Source of the DNA: Candidatus Eiseniibacteriota bacterium
Lineage (GTDB): Bacteria; Eisenbacteria; RBG-16-71-46
Length of the DNA stretch: 64,000 nt
Reading direction: 5' to 3'
Assembly (NCBI GenBank): GCA_038231135.1
Contig: JBBRLX010000002.1
Coordinates: 186,556-250,555 of the forward strand
Part shown: one piece after another, positions 42,501 to 50,700 of the stretch
How the letters are laid out: the number at the start of each line of letters is the position of its first letter
Numbering within the stretch: the first letter of the stretch is position 1
Notes under the pieces: generated by a model
The model's input: only the letters and a program-made list of their open reading frames with translations
Told to the model about the DNA's origin: nothing
Database searches by the model: none
Program-made: the position numbers and the translations under genes

Positions 42501-42524
42501 GCGGCTCAGTAACCTGAGTTTCAT
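36540..42524 (-). CDS. Giant secreted repeat protein (~1990 aa): InlB-B/Flg_new-like repeats, beta-helix region, C-terminal FlgD-Ig/T9SS-CTD-like domain
   Basis: SD AGGAG before ATG 42524, signal peptide ending ASA-Q, eight ~73-aa repeats, tail SPNP...LDLQGRLV...GMYFVR. Confidence 0.88.
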   Translation of the reverse strand: MKLRLLSRGIKGALTTAALAVAMVVLAAASASAQIFTENFSYTAATTLVPQGGWAAHSGAGTNSETIQTPGLTYPGYPGTGVGNKVSLAASGEDDNHTFTGVTTGSVYASVLVNISAATTGGDYMFHFFDGAVASNLFRARLFVKRDATVNVAFGVQSSSGAGSLVYTPFSYALNTTYLVVIKYTFVAGATNDQVSLFVNPVLGGAEPAPNVTTTTVAAEVDATTIDAIAIRQGSAATGPAGSVDAIRVGNTWASTTSWQIAATTTGNGTITPSGTTSVIDGGSQAYTIAADANNHIVDVKVDGVSQGPITSFSFTNVTANHTIDATFALDTNPITATAGAGGSIAPPGTTNVNYGSNQSYTITPNAGFVIADVKVDGVSQGAINSFTFTNVIAPHTIDATFIATYTLTATAGPNGSIAPPGVTTVNSGGSQAYTITADPNYHIDDVKVDGVSQGAIGSYTFTNVTANHTIDATFAIDTYTITASSGANGTVAPPGVTTVPFNGSQAYTITPDAGYHVADVLVDAVSVGPVTNYTFNNVGANHTISATFAINTYNIVATAGPNGSIAPPGTTAVNFGGSQAYTITPAGGYTVTDVKVDGVSQGSITSYTFTNVQADHTIDAQFGNSPVVDLETSNGYSTIQAALDDPATLDGHHITVAAGVYQEQVEVIKNVTIHGSGCGVTIIKSPATLTKSFITPGPNTNKPVVFVHDGGNGAHIENLTIDGDGQGNANARFIGAAFWNAGGFLTDACVINVEDTPFDGAQHGVGVYANNSTGGPYSVDVGNVKVSTFQKNAFVLNGTGLTVNVHGTTVTGAGYTSVTAQNGIQVSFGAGGSISNSTITDIGYTPATFVASGILTDAGTSVAASSIEITNVQAPVTWYDTDGSMTSIHPVGGSDFGPIFIYNSSTTPGPAKVTVNGKLTLAASQHPAKTMASHPKAQPFDAIAGAAAYRGNRALSSFTVSVGSSCLNGTDVSGSVGIFAYSEGGPLAVSAGNNEVANWDAGLAAYGGATTLTANLNSVTSNVSAGYDNLSGVAQDATNNWWGSATGPSGDGPGTGDAVIGGNVNFTPWLHSGDDTNTGCGFAPNAYTITATAGPNGSIAPSGSVTVFQGQDQSFTITANAGYRIGDVKVDGVSVGTPASYTFTNVTTNHTIDAQFVLDVYDIVATAGPGGTIAPPGTTSVPSGGSQSYTITPNAGFTILDVKVDGVSQGPIASYTFTNVLMNHTIDATFSQTTYTLTVTVIGNGTVAKAPDQPSYNSGSTVVLTANPAAGWHLDSWSGDASGHASPLNVLMDADKNITATFLPDIYTWNKTGTASYGVSTNWTPERHTPNTDDVLQFSAGGSVVVTDVPTETIGELLLSNNSSANLQSNAAVTLTLSGGAGTDLSVPSGSTLSLSAALSTNSINIALAAMATGTVGGTVNLSGTGTPHKLTALGAGALHFLTASQFVVGTGISGNPFGIGTGTSNVNSVVFETGSLLAQTSGSTPFGATAPATVISFQTHSRFRLDGPVTPQFSGRTYADYEQNTAGPTTTSGSLAFSVDDIIVTTGSFTLAGTGNGSLRGNITVQPGTSLGFLPASGSPVYSLNGPAAQTIDNKGTISSSVNLTVEVNNSNGVTLADGDLTLNSIVKFTSGNITTTATNALAMQMFGQVIGASQGTGYVVGNVLRTIPTGNNTRAFDVGDASFYTPVSASFNGVGTSFTVTGSTHTPDEPNIATSGLTATKTANRYWTLTPSVASPIFLDFDAVFNFVASDVDGGANTSNFVTMRYNGTWFSTFTGTRTATSTQAIGVTGFGDFQCGELEPATAVLLNLFETETVNDGIELRWQFGDATEVTATSVERSATVVGPWKKIDAQPTTVNNITTVIDRTVEADKSYVYRLVATVKGGQTVSFTPVEGKAGELITEFALARVSPNPTTDVARIEYTVPREAKVRVSILDLQGRLVSKVVDLVQRPGRYQAIWSGSGDRGRVAAGMYFVRFEGGGKVAVKRIALTR
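38605..41750 (-). repeat. Intragenic ~220-nt repeats: five copies (~40650-41750) and three copies (~38605-39270)
   Basis: Consensus YTITATAGPNGSIAPPG...YTITP..G..I.DVKVDGVSQG...YTFTNV..NHTIDATF; the last copy is divergent; boundaries approximate. Confidence 0.85.
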
Positions 42525-42707
42525 GAAACTCTCCTGGGAAAGGGGCCGAGAGAACGGCAGGGTCACAGCGGGATTCATTTCGTAACGAAGGCTTGGAATG
42601 CAGCTCCTCCGGTTGGCAGGGGTAAGCGGTAATGCTTGGGAAACTGTGATTTGGCTCTGCTGGCGGCCCAACGGGGGGAAAGTCTGGGGAGACAGCAAGA
42701 CGACTCA

Positions 42708-42737
42708 ATTATGTCCGCCATGTCATGCCGGGCACAA
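42708..42737 (-). promoter_or_regulatory. sigma70-type promoter TTGTGC-N18-CATAAT for the giant protein
   Basis: -35 at 42732-42737, -10 at 42708-42713, about 175 nt upstream of the start. Confidence 0.45.
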
Positions 42738-43019
42738 GGAACAACCTCGTAAACTTACGGATAGGTTCCAAGAAAAAGCTCGCAGGTGGTGCGTCGTTCG
42801 GGCATATGGGCGGCTCGAACGCCAGAATGTTTAGTTGCATCGAACATGGCGCGGTGTTTGGGTCCTCACCCCTTCGGCTGGCTGGTGCGTTAAGTCGCCG
42901 CCGGCCGCCGGAACCGGCGAGCGCCGCACCCACTGGCCGTCGGCGCCCAATCGCGTGAGAATGCGCTCGGCCAAACCGCTGTCGTCCCGTCGTCTTGTAC
43001 CCAATCGGAGTGCCCCGCG

Positions 43020-43838
43020 ATGAATGCATGGATCTGGATCGCAAGCGGCATCCTCGCCGGCTGGCTGGCGGGCATGCTGACGAAGGGCCGCGACTACGGC
43101 CTGGCCGGCAACCTGATCCTCGGGCTGATCGGTGGCCTGGTGGGCGGCTGGATGATGCACCTGCTGGGCTACAGCGCGCCCAACGACGCTGTGCGCTCGG
43201 GGGTCGTCGCGCTGCTCGGCGCCATGCTGGTGCTCGGCCTCGCCCGCCGGCTCAAGCCCGTGACCCGCCAGACGCGCAAGGTGTTCGGGAACGTAGCCGT
43301 GATCGCCGACATCGAGAGCCAGATCCGCAAGCTCGGCGACTACGAGCGTCGCGCCGTCGACCGGCTCATCAAGGGACGCCTCACCCAGAAGACCCCGAAC
43401 GAGGCGTTCGAAGATCAGATGACGGTCGGCCAACGCCTCGCCGACCGGGTCGCCAAGTTCGGTGGCAGCTGGACGTTCATCGGGATCTTCCTGCTGTTCA
43501 TGCTGATCTGGATGATCGCGAACACGGTGACGCGCTCCCACTGGGACCCGTATCCGTTCATCCTGCTCAATCTCGTGCTGTCGTGCCTCGCGGCGCTGCA
43601 GGCGCCGGTGATCATGATGAGCCAGAACCGCCAGTCGTCGAAGGACCGCCTGATGGCGAACAACGACTACGAGGTGAACCTGCGCACCGAAGTCGAGCTG
43701 GGCCGCCTCCACGCCCGCTTCGACGAACTCCGCGACCGCGACTGGCAGGAGCTGGTGACGATGCAGCAGCGCCAGATCGAGATGCTGGAGACGCTGCTGA
43801 AGGACATGGGGAGGGGGATGACGGGACGGGCGGAGTGA
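43020..43838 (+). CDS. GlsB/YeaQ/YmgE-DUF1003 fusion membrane protein
   Basis: N-terminal GILAGWLAG...NLILGLIGGLVGG; C-terminal LADRVAKFGGSW, DPYPFILLNL, QAPVIMMSQNR. Confidence 0.85.
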   Translation: MNAWIWIASGILAGWLAGMLTKGRDYGLAGNLILGLIGGLVGGWMMHLLGYSAPNDAVRSGVVALLGAMLVLGLARRLKPVTRQTRKVFGNVAVIADIESQIRKLGDYERRAVDRLIKGRLTQKTPNEAFEDQMTVGQRLADRVAKFGGSWTFIGIFLLFMLIWMIANTVTRSHWDPYPFILLNLVLSCLAALQAPVIMMSQNRQSSKDRLMANNDYEVNLRTEVELGRLHARFDELRDRDWQELVTMQQRQIEMLETLLKDMGRGMTGRAE

Positions 43839-43973
43839 CCCCCACGGCAGACCTGAATCCGCGGCCCATTGATCCCCATAAAACCGCGGCGGCCCCGGTT
43901 TCCCGAAGCCGCCCCCGACGTATCTCGTCGATCGCGCCGCCCATGCAGCACTACGGTTTCTATCGCATCCGGA

Positions 43974-44819
43974 TCACTTCACCTCGACGGAGAGCTTCTC
44001 CATCTTGAGCGGCTCGCTGGTGCGGCCACTCTGCGACCCGGCGGCTTCGAGCGCCTTCAGAACGTCCATGCCGTCCGACACCTCGCCGAAGATCGAATGC
44101 TTGCCATCCAGCCAGGGCGTGGCAACGAACGTAAGGAAGAACTGGCTGCCGTCGGTACCCTCACCGGCGTTCGCCATGGACAGCCGGCCGCCCTTGTCGT
44201 GCTTCACGGTCTGGCTGAACTCGCTCCCGAATTGATACCCCGGCCCGCCGCTTCCGTTCCCGAGCGGGTCGCCGCCCTGGGCCATGAAGTTCGAGATCAC
44301 GCGGTGGAACGCCAGGCCATCGTAGAACCCGAGCCGGGTCAGATAGATGAAATTCGTGACGTGCATCGGCGCCACGTCGGGCAGCAGCTTGATCGTGATC
44401 AAGCCCTTGTTCGTCTTCATGTGGATCCAGTAGGTGTGCGCGGGATCGAACGTCGCCTGGTTCGGCTTGGGCAGCGACGTCCGCCAGCCCGGCTTGGTCT
44501 TGTCGATCTTCGAGGCGGCAATCTGGGCGTCGATGGCTTGCACGGCTTTGTCCTTGATGGAGGTCGTCTTCTTGACCGTCTTCACGGTCGTGGAATGCGC
44601 CGCCGTCCTGGCACCGGCCGCGTTGGTGGTCTTGGAACTGGTCGTGGTCGTCGTGGTCAACGTCGTGGTCTGGGTCTCGGGCGCGACCGCCGCGGGGCTG
44701 CTGGGCGCCGCGGGTGTCGACGCCAGCGTGTCGGCAGCGGCTGGCGCGATGGATGTATCGGCCGCCATCGCGGGCGCTGCGACCGCGAGCGCGAACAGTG
44801 CGAACATCATGCGCTTCAT
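43974..44819 (-). CDS. Secreted cyclophilin-type peptidyl-prolyl isomerase with Ala/Thr-rich linker
   Basis: SD AGGAGG, signal peptide, FYDGLAFHRVI, QGGDP, SMANAG, GSQFF, LDGKHSIFG. Confidence 0.93.
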   Translation of the reverse strand: MKRMMFALFALAVAAPAMAADTSIAPAAADTLASTPAAPSSPAAVAPETQTTTLTTTTTTSSKTTNAAGARTAAHSTTVKTVKKTTSIKDKAVQAIDAQIAASKIDKTKPGWRTSLPKPNQATFDPAHTYWIHMKTNKGLITIKLLPDVAPMHVTNFIYLTRLGFYDGLAFHRVISNFMAQGGDPLGNGSGGPGYQFGSEFSQTVKHDKGGRLSMANAGEGTDGSQFFLTFVATPWLDGKHSIFGEVSDGMDVLKALEAAGSQSGRTSEPLKMEKLSVEVK

Positions 44820-45023
44820 CGGATGATTCCTCCTGGAAAGAACCGGTGAGGGGGAGGTGACAACGGTCACCCACGATACTCGTTCGCGGCCGCGATTGTC
44901 GAAATACCATCCCGCGCGAAGCGCAATTCTTGCAGAAACCGAACATCGACGGCGTTGGGAGCCGGCGAGAGCAACCGAGACCGCCATTTGGGCCGCCTCC
45001 CGGGAGCCGCTAGATTGCGGGCC

Positions 45024-45905
45024 ATGACTCCCCGTGCCGCCCCGCGCCGACCCAGGGCCTCCGCCAGGGGCCCGCTCACCGCCCCGCGTCCGCCCCGGCT
45101 CGACCGGCACGCGCTCTACGAGGCCGCGGTTCAGGGGGCGGAGTACGACCTCGATTTCATGGAGCGCGTGTACCGCCGGCTGAACGGGCGGCCGTTCCGC
45201 AACTTCCGCGAGGATTTCTGCGGCACGGCACTGGTGGCGGCGGAGTGGGTGCTGCGGCATCCGAAGAATCGTTCGTGGGGGCTCGACCTCGACGCGCCGA
45301 CCCTGGCGTGGGCGCGCACCCACCGGCTGGCGCGCATGCGCGAGCAGGCGGACCGGGTGACGCTGCTGCGGCGCGACGTCCGCACCGTGACGCGGCCGCC
45401 TGTGGACGTCGTCGCGGCGTACAACTACTCCTACTGGGTGTTCCACCGGCGGCCGGACCTGGTGCGCTACTTCCGTGCGGTGCATCGGTCGCTCGCGCCG
45501 GGCGGGCTGTTCTTCGCGACGGTGTTCGGGGGCAGCGAAGCGGCGGGCACGCTGACCGAGCGCAAGCGCGTGGCGGCCTCGCAGAGCGTCGACGGCGAGC
45601 GCATCCCCGCCTTCACCTACGAGTGGGAGCAGCAGCGGTTCAACGTCGTCGACCACCGGATCCTGTGCCACATCCACTTCCGGTTCCGGGACGGCTCGGT
45701 GATGAAGCGCGCCTTCACCTACGACTGGCGCATGTGGACCCTGCCCGAGGTTCGGGACGCACTCGCCGAGGCGGGGTTCCGGGACTCGATCCCTTATATA
45801 GAGGGCTGGGACGAGGTCAACGACAAGTCCGACGACGTGTTCCGGCCGCGGCGGCGGTTTCCGAACCAGGAAGGCTGGCTGTCGGTAGTCGTCGGGGTGC
45901 GTTAG
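45024..45905 (+). CDS. Class I SAM-dependent methyltransferase
   Basis: LYEAAVQ, REDFCGTA, GLDLD, NYSY, YEWEQ, AFTYDWRMWTLPE. Confidence 0.82.
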   Translation: MTPRAAPRRPRASARGPLTAPRPPRLDRHALYEAAVQGAEYDLDFMERVYRRLNGRPFRNFREDFCGTALVAAEWVLRHPKNRSWGLDLDAPTLAWARTHRLARMREQADRVTLLRRDVRTVTRPPVDVVAAYNYSYWVFHRRPDLVRYFRAVHRSLAPGGLFFATVFGGSEAAGTLTERKRVAASQSVDGERIPAFTYEWEQQRFNVVDHRILCHIHFRFRDGSVMKRAFTYDWRMWTLPEVRDALAEAGFRDSIPYIEGWDEVNDKSDDVFRPRRRFPNQEGWLSVVVGVR

Positions 45906-46001
45906 GCGCGAGAGAATTACAACGCCTGCCGCGCGTGATGCATTTTGCACGCGTCCGCCGTGGAGTTGGCGGGTCCCCTGTCCAAAAACGGACGTCCAAC
46001 C

Positions 46002-46544
46002 ATGGACGTTGCCATGGATCGGTCAACCAAATGGTTGGTGCGCGGCAAGTTATCGCCGTCGATGGGTGTCCAGTATTGGACGAGATCCCAGGCTCAAGTT
46101 TCGGCCCGCCACGTGCATGGCAGGGGACAGGACGTCCAGGCGATACCCATTCCTTCAATCCGGCCGTTGGAGCTCTCCTTGGAACACAAACGGTTGCTGA
46201 TCGTCGAGGACGACGACGATCTGCGTGAATCGCTGGTCGTCAGTCTCGACGAAGAGTACGACCTGTGCGTCGCGCCGGATGGCGCCAAGGCCGTGCAGTG
46301 CATCGAGCATGGGTTCCGGCCCGACATGATCCTGCTCGACTACCAGATTCCACCGCCGAGCGGCCGCGAGCTCATCGACGCTCTCCACGATCGCGGACTG
46401 GCAGGAATCCCCGTGCTGCTCATGTCGGCGTGCGACGACATCCGGGTGCTTGCCCGCGAGCTGGGCGCACCCGACTGCATCAACAAGCCGTTCAAGCTGA
46501 GCGTCCTCCGGGACAAGCTGAACCGGCTCGGATTCGCCCACTAG
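46002..46544 (+). CDS. Single-domain response regulator (REC)
   Basis: LIVEDD, LLDY, LMSA, NKPF; the true start is uncertain and may be near 46180. Confidence 0.75.
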   Translation: MDVAMDRSTKWLVRGKLSPSMGVQYWTRSQAQVSARHVHGRGQDVQAIPIPSIRPLELSLEHKRLLIVEDDDDLRESLVVSLDEEYDLCVAPDGAKAVQCIEHGFRPDMILLDYQIPPPSGRELIDALHDRGLAGIPVLLMSACDDIRVLARELGAPDCINKPFKLSVLRDKLNRLGFAH

Positions 46545-46696
46545 TTTTCCAGTATATTTCGGTCGGGCCATCCCCCCAGCCCGCCCCACGCCCGCTCCGC
46601 GATCTCGATTTCAATTGTCGACTGGTTGAAACATGCTGCTCAATGCAGCAAAGTCGAGTCGACCGAAGTCATGATCGGCATCCAGGAGGACGGCGA

Positions 46697-47545
46697 ATGA
46701 TCGCGTCCAGATTCCGCGGCCCGTTCCGCGTCGCACGCAACATCCTGGCGAGCGCATGGTTCGGACTCCTCGTTGCAGTGTCCGTAATCGGCGCGATGCC
46801 CGTGGCGGCGTCCTCCGCCCATTCCACGACCACGCTGCGCGTGTTCGCGGCCGCATCGCTCTCGGACGCGTTCGGGGAGCTGGCTCGTCGCTTCGAAGCC
46901 GCCCACGCCGGCACCGCGGTGCAACTCAACCTCGCGGGTTCGCAGCAGCTCGCCGCGCAGCTCGAGCAGGGCGCGGCGGCCGACGTGTTCGCCTCGGCCG
47001 ACGCCCGGTGGATGGACACCGCGCGCCAGAAGGACCTGATCGACGGCGATGCCGTCACGTTCGCGCGCAACCGCCTCATCGTGATCGTGCCCCGCACGAA
47101 CCCTGCCCGCATCGGGCGACTGCAAGATCTGGCGAAGCGCGGCGTCAAGGTCGTGCTGGGCGAGACGGCGGTGCCGGTCGGCAACTACAGCCGTCAGGTG
47201 CTGCAGAATCTGGCGCGCACCGACGGCTTCAACGCCGACTACGCGAAGAGAGTGTTCGCCAACGTCGTGTCGGAAGAGGACAACGTGAAATCCGTGGTGG
47301 CCAAGGTCCAACTCGGCGAAGCCGACGCGGGCCTGGTGTACCGCTCGGATGTCACGCCGTCGGTCGCGAGGTACGTGCGGATGTTCACGATTCCGGATTC
47401 CGCGAACGTGCTCGCGACGTACCCGATCGCGGTCGTCAAAGGCACCCGGCACGCGGACCTCGCGCGGGAGTTCATCGCATGGGCGACCTCGGCCGAAGGC
47501 CAGGCCATTCTGCAACGACACGGCCTGATCCCCGCCGGGCCCTGA
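46697..47545 (+). CDS. modA: Molybdate ABC transporter substrate-binding protein
   Basis: SD AGGAGG, FAAASL, AGSQQL..Q..GA.ADVFASA, VPVGNY, GEADAGLVYRSD, YPIAV. Confidence 0.92.
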   Translation: MIASRFRGPFRVARNILASAWFGLLVAVSVIGAMPVAASSAHSTTTLRVFAAASLSDAFGELARRFEAAHAGTAVQLNLAGSQQLAAQLEQGAAADVFASADARWMDTARQKDLIDGDAVTFARNRLIVIVPRTNPARIGRLQDLAKRGVKVVLGETAVPVGNYSRQVLQNLARTDGFNADYAKRVFANVVSEEDNVKSVVAKVQLGEADAGLVYRSDVTPSVARYVRMFTIPDSANVLATYPIAVVKGTRHADLAREFIAWATSAEGQAILQRHGLIPAGP

Positions 47546-47723
47546 TACCGGGTATGCGGTCGCGGATTCCATCGGACGCGATCGTTCGCCGTGCTGCGGT
47601 GAAGCCTCCGCGTCGAGCACCGGATTCGCTAACGTCTCCCGGGAAAACTGCCGAACCAACGGGAGAACACCGCCGTCGGGCGCTGGGCCTTGATCGCGAT
47701 CCCCTTCCAGGAAACGAGTCTCC

Positions 47724-50700
47724 ATGCTCACCAGAGACACGGGCTTCCCGTGGCTGCGCACCGCCATTGTGCTGGCCCTGTCGTTCGGCTGCCCGCTCAC
47801 GGCCGCCGCGACCCCCGTCAGTCCCGCCGGATTCGTCATCGAGAACGCCTGGCCGGGCGTGCGCTTCATCCTGCCCACCGCCGTCGCGTTCCTGCCGGAC
47901 GGCCGTGCGCTCGTCGCCGAGAAGCGGGGCGTGGTGTGGGTGATCGATCATGGTGCGTTGCGGCCCACTCCGATGTGGAGCGCCGAGCGCGAGGTGCTCG
48001 CGAACGGCGACCGCGGACTGATCGGGCTCGCGGTCGATCCGAAGTTCACGACGAACCATCGCCTCTACTTCTTCTACACCGCCGACCCCGACTCGAACGG
48101 CAATGACGACAACGTCGGCGCGTTCAGCCGGCTCACGCGCTACCAGACCAGCGCTGCCGACTCCAACGTCGTCGATCCCGCGTCGCGCACGGTGCTGATC
48201 GGCCGCTCGTGGAGCGACGGCTTCCTGTCGCCCACGCTGTCGCATGCGGTCGACTGCCTCGCGTTCGGCTCGGACGGCAGCCTGCTCGTCACGCACGGTG
48301 ACGGCAGTCACTTCGACATCCCCGACGTCGGCGGCCACGATCCCGAATCGTTCCTGCCCGGCCGCGGCGACCCGGCGGCCGATCTCGGCTCGTTCCGCGC
48401 GCAGTACCTGAACACGCTCAGCGGCAAGCTGCTGCGCATCAATCCCGAAACCGGCGCGGGCTACGCGAGCAATCCGTACGCCGCGGGCGACCTGATGGCG
48501 CCGCGCGCACGGGTGTGGGCATACGGCTTTCGCAATCCGTTCCGGTTTTGCGTGCGCCCCGGCACCGGCAGCGCCGACACTGCGGCCGCCAATCCGGGTA
48601 CGGTCTACGTCGGCGACGTCGGCGCCAATCGCTGGGAGGAGTTGGACGTCGCCGACCATCCCGGCATGAACTTCGGCTGGCCGTGCCGCGAAGGCCCCGA
48701 GGTGTACACGCCCTACGCGAGCATGGCACCGCCCGGCATGGGCTGCGACGCCATGAACTCCAGCGGCAACCCCGCGCTGCCCACGGCGCCGCGGTTCACC
48801 TGGAACCACGACGACTCCACCCTGAGCGCGCCGTTCGGGATCCGCGGCAATTGCACCGCGGGCGGCACGTTCTATACCGGCGCCCGCTATCCCGCCGCGT
48901 TCCGCGGCCGGCTGTTCTTCGGCGACTACGGCGGCGGCTGGCTCAAAGTCGCGACGCTCGACAGCGCGAACGCCATCACGTCGATGCAGTCGTTCGCAGG
49001 TGCGCTCGATGGCCCGGTGGACTTCGCGATGGACCCGGTGTCGCAGGAGGTGTTCTACGCCTCGATCTACGCCAACGAGATACGGCGCATCCGCTACACC
49101 GGCGAAACCAGTGAATTGCCGCCGGTGGCGATCGCGAGCGGCGTGCCGGTGACGCTGGCGGCGGGTGACACGGTGAAGTTCTCGAGCCTCGGCTCCTACG
49201 ACCCCGGCGGCGACGCCGTGTCATTCGCGTGGAGTTTCGGCGACGGCACGCCCGGTTCGTCCGAGGCGCATCCCGCGCATCGCTACCTGGCACCCGGCGC
49301 GTTCGCGGCGATCCTCAGCGTGTCCGGTGAGTTGGGCGCGATCACGCGCGACACCGTGCAGGTCGTGGTCACGGCCACGCCTGGCTTTCCGGTGACGCCG
49401 GTGCTCGACGCGTTCCAGCGCCCCGACGCCCCGCTGGCCGGGCCGCAGTGGGTGGGCAACCTGACCGGGCTCGCGGTCAAGCGGGCCGCGCTGATGGAGA
49501 CCGCGACGTCGAACTACGCGATGTGGAACGCGCCGTTCGGCGCGAACCAGGAAGTGTACGTGACGCTCGATTCCATTGCGCTCAACGCACCCGAGCACGA
49601 TCTGCTGCTGGGCGTTCAGGGCACGACGTGGACGGCGGGCGCGATCCAGGTCGTGTATGACGCGACGAACTCGGTGATCGCGATCAGCACCTACTCGCCG
49701 GCGCAGGGCTGGAAGCACATCGCCGGCCCCTGGCGCGGCGTCCAGTTCACCCCCGGCGACCGGTTCGGCGCGCGCCTGTACTCGAACGGCGTGCTCGAGG
49801 TGTTCCGCAACAATACCGTCATCGACCGCTGCCGGGTCGACACCTGGACGTTCGCCGGGCACGGCGGCCGCATCGGCCTGATGCTGAGCGGTGCTGCGGG
49901 CTCGCGGCTCTCGGGCTTCGGCGGCGGCGACGTGCCGCTGCGCAACAACGCTCCCCCCGAGGCCACGATCCTCTCGCCCGCGGATCATTCGTTCTTCGCC
50001 GCCGGCGATCAGGTGGTGCTGCGCGGCCGCGGCACCGATGCGGAGGACCCCGCCGACAGCCTCAAGTATCGCTGGGAAGTCAGCATCCGCCACAACAATC
50101 ACCTGCATCCCGACGTGCTCACGCGGTTCGCGGCGGTGGATTCGTTCACGGCCGAGAACCACGACGACGGCACCGGCATCTCGCTGATCGTGAAGCTGAT
50201 CGTCACCGACCGCGCCGGCGAGCCCGACACCGCCTCGATCGAGATCCATCCCGAAATCGATCTCGTGCCGGCGCGCATCACGCTCGCGCCCGACGACGCG
50301 TTCGCGGGGCCGTTCACGTGTTCGTTCACGATCGTGAACCGCGGCCGCATGCCGGCGCCGCGCTCACGCTGGCAGCTCTCGGCGGGCGGAGTGACGGTGG
50401 CGCAGGGCGATACCACGGTGCCCGCGAGCGACAGCGTGCGCGTGACGCGCGTGCTGCCGGCGGTGGCGCCCGGTGCGCCGACGCTCACGCTCGAGGTCGA
50501 CGCGCTGCACGAGGTGCTGGAGACGACCGAGACGAACAACGTGCTGGTGCGGCCGATCGCCCCGCGGCCATTCCCCACCGCGCGGCTGCTCGATACGTTC
50601 GAGCGCGCGGATTCGGCGCTGGGTGCGCCGTGGCTCGGAACGCAGGCCGGATTCGCGGTGCGCAATCAGGCGCTCATGCCCCTCGCGTCGACGGCGTACG

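Noticed and set aside
46545..46696. Moco riboswitch upstream of modA
   Set aside because: No recognisable conserved Moco RNA motif
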